64,000 nucleotides of DNA from Pristiophorus japonicus (Eukaryota), in NCBI RefSeq assembly GCF_044704955.1, contig NC_091989.1, forward strand, positions 21,948,001 through 22,012,000, read 5' to 3'. The stretch's first letter is position 1; every line of letters begins with the position of its first letter. The notes beneath the pieces were generated by a model. The model was not told where the DNA came from and ran no database searches. It saw only the letters and a program-made list of their open reading frames with translations. Positions 37,312 through 47,213 of this stretch are shown here, piece by piece. Made by a program: the position numbers and the translations under genes.

Positions 37312-40300
37312 ACATGGAGTTACAGGAACTGAGAGACGGGGTCGGGGGTGAGGGGGGGGGGGACTAAATTGGATAAGACCCGAAAATGGGCACAGGGATC
37401 ATGATGAGCCCGCACCCATTGAAAGCTTATGATGCCTGCTAATTAACATGAATTCAGTGCTAAGCCCAATGCTAAACGAGCTGTTGGTTGGCTCAGAGCT
37501 GGTGGGCCCAATATCATGTGGAGTCCGCTCTCTATTTAAAGGTTGCCTGTAGAGTGAAAGGCTGCCTGCACTTCTTAAAGGAGAGATGCTTTGTGAGCAA
37601 AGTACCTCATTGTGACTACAGCTGCAACTTAGCAATGTCTCAATAGGGCAGAGAAAGGACACCTCAGTTTTCTGATGCAGCACTGGAGGCCTTGGTGCAG
37701 TGGGTCTATAGGGGAAAGTGGGTCCTTTACTGTAGGGGAGGTAGGAGGCCTTGCAGACACACTGTTCGAAGGCGGTGGGACGAGATCGCTGAAGCCGTCA
37801 GTGCCACCAGACTGTCCAAAGGACATGGATCCAGTGCCGGAAGAAGTTTAATGACCTCACACAACTTGTTAACTTGTGGGTGAATGCATCTCAAATGCCA
37901 TATCTTCACACACTGCTCACTGCACCACATCTCCATCACTCACCTACCAATAATCTCGAGCAATCATGACTCATATCCCATAATCATATCTTCACCTCAC
38001 CCTTACCACTACTGCAAGCCTCACATCCATATTTCACACCTTACACACAATATCAACTATTCAACCATGACAGGCACATCAACTGTTAAGTATGGAAAAA
38101 CTCCACAAGACTGAGTACTATGAGCTAAAACTGATGTGACCTTAGTCTCTTTAATACAACTCCAGAGTTCCTAAGCAGCATGGCAGACAACCTTTTATAC
38201 TCCCTTGCAGGCGGTGTGCAGGTGACCCTTGGGCCTTCAACAGTTGCGCCCTCTGGTGGCAAGTCTTACACGGTTACAATGATAACATACATAACATCAC
38301 TCCCCCCCAAAGTCTTTGATACAAATTATTTACAAGTTGAGACGATCTGGGGCCCTACGCTCCCTGGTTGATCGTCTGAGTTCAAACTCTGGCATGGGTA
38401 AGTTGGTCGGACCATTGCTGCACTGCGGCACGGTTGGTCTGACAGGACAATTGGGAATGGTGGGTTCATCCTCTTGATTGACAGTGAGGTCGATTGCTGG
38501 TTGGGTGTGTGTTGGTGGATCGATGATGGTGATGTCCTCTTCAGGTTGTTCCTAGTTGTCGGTGAACCGCAGTTTGGTCTGATCCAAATACTTTCTGCAC
38601 GTTTGTCCATTCAATAGTTTGACTATAAACACTCTATTCCCCTCCTTGGCCAAGGCAGTGCCAATGACCCATTTAGGACCATGATCGTAATTAGGGACAA
38701 ACACAGGGTCGTTAACATCAATGTCACGCGATACAGCCGCACGATCGTGGTACATGTTTTGCCGGTGCCGCCGGGATTCCACATGATTATTTAGATCCGG
38801 GTGGACTAGGGAGAGCCTGGTTTTGAGTGCTCTCTTCATTAACATTTTTGCAGGGGGAACCCCAGTGAGCGAGTGGGGTCACATCCGGTAGCTGAACAGA
38901 ACTCAAGATAAGCGGGTCTGCAAGGGGCCTTCCGTCATGCATTTCAAGCTCTGCTTGATAGTTTGGACTGCCCGTTCCGCTTGACCGTTGGATGCGGGCT
39001 TAAACGGGGCAGACCTGACATGTGAGTCATAAACTCGTTGAATTCCGAGTTGGTGAAACACGGTCCATTGTCACTGACAAGGACGTCAGGCAAGCCATGG
39101 GTGGCGAACATAGCCCGGAGGCTTTCAATGGTGGCAGTGGATGTGCTGGATGACATGATTACGCAGCATTCAATCCATTTAGAGTAAGCGTCCACTACAA
39201 CTAAAAACATCTTTCCGAGAAAGGGGCCAGCAAAATCTTCGTGGATCCTGGACCACAGTTTGGAGGGCCATGGCCACAGACTCAATGGAGCTTCCCTTGG
39301 TGCATTGCCCAATTGTGAGTACGTGTTGCACTGGTGTACGCATGACTCTATGTCCGAGTCAATGCCGGGCCACCAAACATGCGACCTGGCTATAGCCTTC
39401 ATCATGACTATGCCTGGGTGGGTATTATGTAGGTCACGTATGAACTTTCCCTGCCTTTTTTTGGCAAAACCACGTGATTACCCCATAAGAGACAATCCGA
39501 CTGGATGGACATTTCATCTCTGCGTCAGTGAAACGGCTTAATTTCATCTTGCATTTCCCCAGGAACGGCCGACCAGCTCCCATTGAGGTCGCAACTTTTT
39601 ACAAGTGATAACATAGGATCCTGGCTGGTCCAGGTCCTGATCTGGCGAGCAGTGACGGGTGACCCCTAGCTCTCAAAAGCATCCATGACCAGAAGCAAGT
39701 CTGCGGGCTGCGCCATTCCACCCTGGTAATGGGCAATGGTAGCCAACTGAGGGCATCAGCACAGTTCTCCATGCCTGGTCTGTGGCGAATAACATAGTCA
39801 TAGGCGGACAATTTTAGTGCCCATCTTTGGATGCGGGACGAAGCATTGGTGTTTATACTTTTGCTTTCTGAAAACAGCGAAATGAGTGGTTTGTGGTCGG
39901 TTTCAAGCTCAAACCGAAGTCCAAATAGGTATTGGTGCATTTTCTTAACTCCATATACAAATGCTAATGCCTCTTTCTCGACCATACTGTATGATCTTTC
40001 AGCCTTAGACAGACTTCTAGACACGTATGCAAGCGGTTGAAGTTTGCCTGATACATTGGTTTGCTGTAACACACAGCCGACTCCGTACGAATTTGCATCA
40101 CAAGCTAGCACTAATCGTTTACACGGGTCATACAGTACAAGTAACTTATTGGAACTTAGTAGGTTACTGGCCTTCTCAAAGGCTGTTTCTTGAGATTTAC
40201 CCCAAACCCTGTCGTCACCCTTACGTAACAACATGTGCAACGGTTCCAACAAAGTGCTTAACCCGGGTAGAAAGTTACCAAAATAGTTGATGAGTCCTAG

Positions 40301-40677
40301 GAATGAATGCAGCGCCATCACATTCTGTGGTCTGGGTGCATTCTTGATGGCCTCGATCTTTGAGTCCGTGGGTCTGATGCTGTCTGCTGCAATCTTTCTC
40401 CCCCAAAATTCGATCTCTGGTGCCAGAAAAACACACGTCTGGAGCGTTTCAGCCTGAGTCCCACTCTGTCTAATCGACTTAGAACCTCTTCCAGGTTGTG
40501 CAGGTGTTCAGTGATGTCACAACTGGTGATCAGGATTGTGGTGTATGTAGCACACAAATCACTGACTCCACACAGTCTGGTGTTAATCTAACTGCTGTGA
40601 CCTTCGTCCTTTATTGTTCAGCTCCAGAGTGTCTCTCAGGTGTGGTGGTCAGCCTTTTATAATGCCTGTTGCAGGTA

Positions 40678-40847
40678 TCCTGTTCCTAATTCTTATGTTC
40701 TTATTATTAAGGGAATTAAGGGTTACAGGGAGAGGGCGGGTAAGTGGAGCTGAGTCCACGGCCAGATCAGCCATGATCTTATTGAATGGCGGAGCAGGCT
40801 CGAGGGGCTAGATGGCCTACTCCTGTTCCTAATTCTTATGTTCTTAT
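40678..40847 (+). mobile_element. Very short CR1 3' end with a duplicated tail, inside the Gypsy-5 LTR
   Basis: TCCTGTTCCTAATTCTTATGTTCTTAT occurs twice; GTA on both flanks. Confidence 0.85.
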
Positions 40848-41802
40848 GTACTTCCAGGTTTCCCACCACAGTGCCCTCTGTGGTGTACCATTGTGCTTAT
40901 ATTACATTTAAGGTACCAGGGCGATACACACATCAATACATAACATCACACTTCCCCCCCACCAGGACGCAGGACGACGATACACACATCAATACATAAC
41001 ATCACACTTGTCCAACGGAAGGCAGGCAGGCATAGACAGTGCATTAGTATGGTACATGTTATCTGGTACATTAACTAGTTATTGACTGGTAACGGGTCCC
41101 TGGTATTGACTGGTAACGCCGCCATCTTGCTCTCTGCCGCTCCGGATGCCCTCCGCCGCCGCAGCCTCCGCTCCCCTCCGTTGCCACCTGACTTGCCGCC
41201 TCTCCTGCGGCCGTCGTCGTCGCTTCTCCGGTGGCCACTAGCCGCCTGCCCTGCGGCCATCGTGGCCTCTCCAGCGGCCACACTTGCCGCCTCCCCTGCG
41301 GCCTCCGTAGCGGCCTCCCCTGCGGCTGCCATGGCTGCTGACCTCCAGCTGCTGCCTCCGCCTGACTCATGGCCACCGACCTCTAGTTTCTGCCGCCACC
41401 CGACTCTCCCTCTGCGTGGGCCCGTCCGATCCGCCGGCCATCCTGGATCCCTCGCACCCCGCCTGCAGCACCCAGCTGGCTCCCCCCCCTCCCCCTCCAC
41501 TAGGCCCCTCTCTGCAGGGCTTCTTGCCTGTGGGGGCTGAGGCTGCAGGATCTCTATGTGAGGTCCGGGCCTGGGGCTTGCTCTGCTTGCCTGTGGGTGG
41601 ATTGAGGCTGCAGCTCCAACTCGGTCGGCGCTGCTCTCTGGGGACCCGGGGCACGGCAGCACCCCGGGGACCAGCGGCCTGTGGAGTGGTGAAGTCTTCC
41701 CAGTTCCCACGGACTGTCCCCATCCACCTCGGCCGAGGAGTGTCGGCCCATCGCCTGCAATGACCCACAAAGGTAAACCGTGCGTCTCGTCCCCGTGGGA
41801 TA

Positions 41803-44800
41803 CATAGAAACATAGAAAATAGGTGCAGGAGCAGGCCATTCAGCCCTTCTAGCCTGCACCGCCATTCAACGAGTTCATGGCTGAACATGAAACTTCAGTA
41901 CCCACTTCCTGCTTTCACGCCATACCCCTTGATCCCCCGAGTAGTAAGGACTTCATCTAACTCCCTTTTGAATATATTTAGTGAATTGGCCTCAACTACT
42001 TCCTGTGGTAGAGAATTCCACAGGTTCACCACTCTCTGGGTGAAGAAATTTCTCCTTATCTCGGTCCTAAATGGCTTACCCCTTATCCTTAGACTGTGAC
42101 CCCTGGTTCTGGACTTCCCCAACATTGGGAACATTCTTCCTGCATCCAACCTGTCCAAACCCGTCAGAATTTTAAACGTTTCTATGAGGTCCCCTCTCAC
42201 TCTTCTGAACTCCAGTGAATACAAGCCCAGTTGATTCAGTCTTTCTTGATAGGTCAGTCCCACCATCCCGGGAATCAGTCTGGTGAATTTTCGCTGCACT
42301 CCCTCAACAGCAAGTATGTCCTTCCTCAAGTTAGGAGACCAAAACTGTACACAATACTCCAGGTGTGGCCTCACCAAGGCCCTGTACAACTGTAGCAACA
42401 CCTCCCTGCCCCTGTACTCAAATCCCCTCGCTATGAAGGCCAACATGCCATTTGCTTTCTTAACCGCCTGCTGTACCTGCATGCCAACCTTCAATGACTG
42501 ATGTACCATGACACCCAGGTCTCGTTGCACCTTCCCTTTTCCTAATCTGTCACCATTCAGATAATAGTCTGTCTCTCTGTTTTTACCACCAAAGTGGATA
42601 ACCTCACATTTATCCACATTATACTTCATCTGCCACGCATTTGCCCACTCACCTAATCTATCCAAGTCACTCTGTAGCCTCATAGCATCCTCCTCGCAGC
42701 TCACACTGCCACCCGACTTAGTGTCATCCGCAAATTTGGAGATACTACATTTAATCCCCTCGTCTAAATCATTAATGTACAATGTAAACAGCTGGGGTCC
42801 CAGCACAGAACCCTGTGGTACCCCACTAGTCACTGCCTGCCATTCCGAAAAGTACCCATTTACTCCTACTCTTTGCTTCCTGTCTGACAACCAGTTCTCA
42901 ATCCACGTCAGCACACTACCCCCAATCCCATGTGCTTTAACTTTGCACATTAATCTCCTGTGTGGGACCTTGTCGAAAGCCTTCTGAAAGTCCAAATATA
43001 CCACATCAACTGGTACTCCTTTGTCCACTTTATTGGAAACATCCTCAAAAAATTCCAGAAGATTTGTCAAGCATGATCTCCCTTTTACAAATCCATGCTG
43101 ACTTGGACCTATCATGTCACCATTTTCCAAATGCGCTGCTATGACATCCTTAATAATTGATTCCATCATTTTACCCATTACTGAGGTCAGGCTGACCGGT
43201 CTATAATTCCCTGCTTTCTCTCTCCCTCCTTTTTTAAAAAGTGGGGTTACATTGGCTACCCTCCACTCGATAGGAACTGATCCAGAGTCAATGGAATGTT
43301 GGAAAATGACTGTCAATGCATCCGCTATTTCCAAGGCCACCTCCTTAAGTACTCTGGGATGCAGTCCATCAGGCCCTGGGGATTTATCGGCCTTCAATCC
43401 CATCAATTTCCCCAACACAATTTCCCGACTAATAAAGATTTCCCTCAGTTCCTCCTCCTTAATAGACCCTCTGACCACTTTTATATCCGGAAGGTTGTTT
43501 GTGTCCTCCTTAGTGAATACTGAACCAAAGTACTTGTTCAATTGGTCTGCCATTTCTTTGTTCCCCGTTATGACTTCCCCTGATTCTGACTGCAGGGGAC
43601 CTACGTTTGTCTTTACTAACCTCTTTCTCTTTACATACCTATAGAAACTTTTGCAATCCGCCTTAATGTTCCCTGCAAGCTTCTTCTCGTACTCCATTTT
43701 CCTTACCCTAATCAAACCCTTTGTCCTCCTCTGCTGAGTTCTAAATTTCTCCCAGTCCCCAGGTTCGCTGCTATTTCTGGCCAATTTGTATGCCACTTCC
43801 TTGGCTTTAATAATATCCCTGATTTCCCTAGATAGCCACGGTTGAGCCACCTTCCCTTTTTTATTTTTACGACAGACAGGAATGTACAATTGTTGTAATT
43901 CATCCATGCGTTCTCTAAATGTCTGCCATTGCCCATCCACAGTCAACCCCTTAAGTATCATTAGCCAATCTATCTTAGCCAATTCATGCCTCATACCTTC
44001 AAAGTTACCCTTCTTTAAGTTCTGGACCATGGTCTCTGAATTAACTGTTTCATTCTCCATCCTAATGCAGAATTCCACCATATTATGGTCACTCTTCCCC
44101 AAGGGGCCTCGCACAATGAGATTGCTAATTAATCCTCTCTCATTACACAACACCCAGTCTAAGATGGCCTCCCCCCTAGTTGGTTCCTCGACATATTGGT
44201 CTAGAAAACCATCCCTTATGCATTCCAGGAAATCCTCCTCCACCGTATTGCTTCCAGTTTGGCTAGCCCAATCTATGTGCATATTAAAGTCACCCATTAT
44301 AACTGCTGCACCTTTATTGCATGCACTCCTAATTTCCTGTTTGATGCCCTCCCCAACATCACTACTACTGTTTGGAGGTCTGTACACAACTCCCACTAAC
44401 GATTTTTGCCCTTTAGTGTTCTGCAGCTCTACCCATATAGATTCCACATCATCCAAGCTAATGTCTTTCCTAACTATTGCATTAATCTCCTCTTTAACCA
44501 GCAATGCTACCCCACCTCCTTTTCCTTTTATTCTATCCTTCCTGAATGTTGAATACCCCTGGATGTTGAGTTCCCAGCCCTGATCATCCTGGAGCCACGT
44601 CTCCGTAATCCCAATCACATCATATTTGTTAACATCTATTTGCACAATTAATTCATCCACCTTATTGCGGATACTCCTTGCATTAAGACACAAAGCCTTC
44701 AGGCTTGCTTTTTTAACACCCTTTGTCCTTTTAGAATTTTGCTGTACAGTGGCCCTTTTTGTTCTTTGCCTTGGGTTTCTCTGCCCTCCACTTTTCCTCA

Positions 44801-45069
44801 TCTCCTTTCTGTCTTTTGCTTTTGCCTCCTTTTTGTCTCCCTCTGTCTCCCTGTATAGGTTCCCATCCCCCTGCAATATTAGTTTAACTCCTCCCCAACA
44901 GCACTAGCAAACACTCCCCCTAGGACATTGGTTCCGGACCTGCCCAGGTGCAGACCGTCCGGTTTGTACTGGTCCCACCTCCCCCAGAACCGGTTCCAAT
45001 GCCCCAAGAATTTGAATCCCTCCCTGCTGCACCACTGCTCAAGCCATGTATTCATCTGCGCTATCCTGC
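41803..45069 (-). mobile_element. Young CR1 LINE truncated within ORF1, inserted in the Gypsy-5 protease
   Basis: Target AMVQ|VSHG rejoins across it; tail at 41803. Confidence 0.96.
41895..44876 (-). CDS. CR1 ORF2 (AP endonuclease and reverse transcriptase), open frame of 993 codons; true start uncertain
   Basis: CLNARS, ITETW, GDFN, SDH, QHGF, GVPQGSVLGP, KFADD with no stops. Confidence 0.92.
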   Translation of the reverse strand: MQGDGNLYRETEGDKKEAKAKDRKEMRKSGGQRNPRQRTKRATVQQNSKRTKGVKKASLKALCLNARSIRNKVDELIVQIDVNKYDVIGITETWLQDDQGWELNIQGYSTFRKDRIKGKGGGVALLVKEEINAIVRKDISLDDVESIWVELQNTKGQKSLVGVVYRPPNSSSDVGEGIKQEIRSACNKGAAVIMGDFNMHIDWASQTGSNTVEEDFLECIRDGFLDQYVEEPTRGEAILDWVLCNERGLISNLIVRGPLGKSDHNMVEFCIRMENETVNSETMVQNLKKGNFEGMRHELAKIDWLMILKGLTVDGQWQTFRERMDELQQLYIPVCRKNKKGKVAQPWLSREIRDIIKAKEVAYKLARNSSEPGDWEKFRTQQRRTKGLIRVRKMEYEKKLAGNIKADCKSFYRYVKRKRLVKTNVGPLQSESGEVITGNKEMADQLNKYFGSVFTKEDTNNLPDIKVVRGSIKEEELREIFISREIVLGKLMGLKADKSPGPDGLHPRVLKEVALEIADALTVIFQHSIDSGSVPIEWRVANVTPLFKKGGREKAGNYRPVSLTSVMGKMMESIIKDVIAAHLENGDMIGPSQHGFVKGRSCLTNLLEFFEDVSNKVDKGVPVDVVYLDFQKAFDKVPHRRLMCKVKAHGIGGSVLTWIENWLSDRKQRVGVNGYFSEWQAVTSGVPQGSVLGPQLFTLYINDLDEGIKCSISKFADDTKSGGSVSCEEDAMRLQSDLDRLGEWANAWQMKYNVDKCEVIHFGGKNRETDYYLNGDRLGKGKVQRDLGVMVHQSLKVGMQVQQAVKKANGMLAFIARGFEYRGREVLLQLYRALVRPHLEYCVQFWSPNLRKDILAVEGVQRKFTRLIPGMVGLTYQERLNQLGLYSLEFRRVRGDLIETFKILTGLDRLDAGRMFPMLGKSRTRGHSLRIRGKPFRTEIRRNFFTQRVVNLWNSLPQEVVEANSLNIFKRELDEVLTTRGIKGYGVKAGSGY

Positions 45070-47213
45070 ACCATCGCTCTGCCAAGAACAGGTATTAGTT
45101 CCCTGGTGTAGGTACGTAGCTTCGACGTGACCGGGACCAGCTTGGGTCGTGCAGCTGGGTTTATCCACAGTTTATCAAAAGTTCTCTGACTCATCAACGA
45201 CGGACCCGAGCCTGTGTCCACTTCCATACTCACAGGGACTCCGTTGATTTTTACTTCCCTTATCACTGGGGGCGAATCGTCGGTACACGTGTACAGTCCC
45301 AACACCTCATCATCTTCTGCCTGCTCCTCGCTGATGGTGGATCATCCCCCATCTCCTCAACTACATGGTGAGTCCGATTTCTTTTACACATATGCTGAAG
45401 GTGGCCTTTCGTGTGGCAGGTATTGCATGTGTACTCCGCAAACCTGCACCGGTGAGCCCCATGGCTTCCTCCACAGCGCCAGCATGGTGCTGCTTGATTG
45501 GCCCCCCTCGGGGACTAGATGGATCTGCACCTTGGCGACTGTGAAGTTGCCGATGCTTGGTTCAAATAGTGACGGAAACTTGCTCAGTACTTGGGTGCAT
45601 GAGGCATCATCCACTGAAGATAGTGCTTTGATGTCGTCCCAGTTCCATCGAATCTTTCCCAGCCAGCTTCTGCCGAATAGCATTGGGCCATCGACTGGTA
45701 CAATCCACAGTGATAAATCATGCACAGCTCCATCGTACGATACCTTAACTGCCACACTGCCAATGACTGATATGAGCTCTTTGGTGTAGGTGCACAGTTT
45801 TGTCTGAATCGGGCTCAGTTTGGGCTTTTGTGCCTTGTTGCCCTACAGTTTCTCAAAAGCCTTCTGGCTCATAATTGACTGACTCGCCCCCGTGTCCAAC
45901 TCCATTGATACCGGAATACCGTTCAATTTGACGTTCAGCATGATAGGAGGGCTCTTGGTGGTGAAGGTGTATACCCCATGCACTTCTTCCTCGGGTTGAG
46001 TTGCCTCTCTTGTTTGTTCTGCGTGATCCGTGCCAGATCGATCATCCTCTGCCGACTCTGCCACATGGTGAGTCGCAGCACTCTTGCCCATTTGCTGGAG
46101 GTGTCCCATTGTTTCGCAGCCTTTGCACATGTAGTGCTTGAATCGACATTGACGGGCTCGATGATTACCCCCGCAGCGCCAACATGGTGCTAATGGATTT
46201 GCATTCACGCCCGATGGCGGACTCTGAGTCATCCAAGGTCTTGCAGCTGCAGATGTGTAGGCCCTGCCATATGCAGTTCTGCCTGCTAGTGATGTTATTT
46301 TATGCATAGTACTTGCTGGTGAGCTTCGATGCTGGGAAGTTATCTGTCTGATATTATCGCTCGTGGATATGAATGCCTGAGCAATCATGATGGCCTTGCT
46401 CAGGTCTAGGGATTCCGTGGACAGCAACTTGCAAAGAATGACCTTGTGGCCGATGCCAAGCACAAAAAAGTCCCGCAGCATTTCCCCCCAAAATGCAGCA
46501 AATTCGCAAGTTCCCACAAGGCGTCTCAGGTCGCCACGTCCTGGCCCTCGGAGCGGTGGAGTGTGTCGAAGTGATATCTGGCCATTAAGATGCTCTCCTT
46601 TGGCTTGAGGTGGTTCCAAACCAGCGTACACAAATCTGTATCTGTCTTCTCCGCTGGTTTCTCCGGTGCTAACAGATTCTTGATGAGGCCGTATATTGTG
46701 GACCCACACACGGTGAGGAGAATCGCCCTGTGCTTGACCGCTTTATCGTCCCCATCCAGCTCAATGGCCACGAAATACTGGTTGAGACGCTCAATGAAGG
46801 CTTCCCAATCATCACCCTCGACAAATCTCTCTAAAATACCAATGGCAGCCATGACCGCGTGAAAGTTCGTAATCTGTTATTCGTCACCAATTGTTAAATA
46901 TGGAAGAACTCCACAAGATTGAGTACTGTGAGCTAAAACTGATGTGACCTTTGATAGGTCCTTACTATACAGTATAAATGCACACGAGGCCCATGCTTGA
47001 GAGAAGGTCAGTCTGTGACCTGTCCTTTATTCCTCAGCACTCAAGTGATGAAGGCGGGTGGAGCTTCCCCTTTTGTACCTGAAGGCCCAGGTTAGGAGTG
47101 TCTCCCACCTAGTGGTCATTGTTCTCACAGTGTACACCTTAGGTCAGATTATACATGGGTTACAATGCTGGTTGAATACGTGACATCACCTCCCCCCCAA
47201 AGTCTTATTGGGA

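Larger units (their letters stand above)
40537..45510 (-). mobile_element. Gypsy-5: non-autonomous Gag-protease-only LTR derivative, 5' part deleted
   Basis: LTR 40537-40950 with ends TGTGGTGT/ACATCACA; polypurine tract 40951-40960; knuckles CWRCGGSH and CNTCHTKGH; protease VDTGS and LPLWVIAGDGPTLLGR; no RT, RNase H or integrase. Confidence 0.8.
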
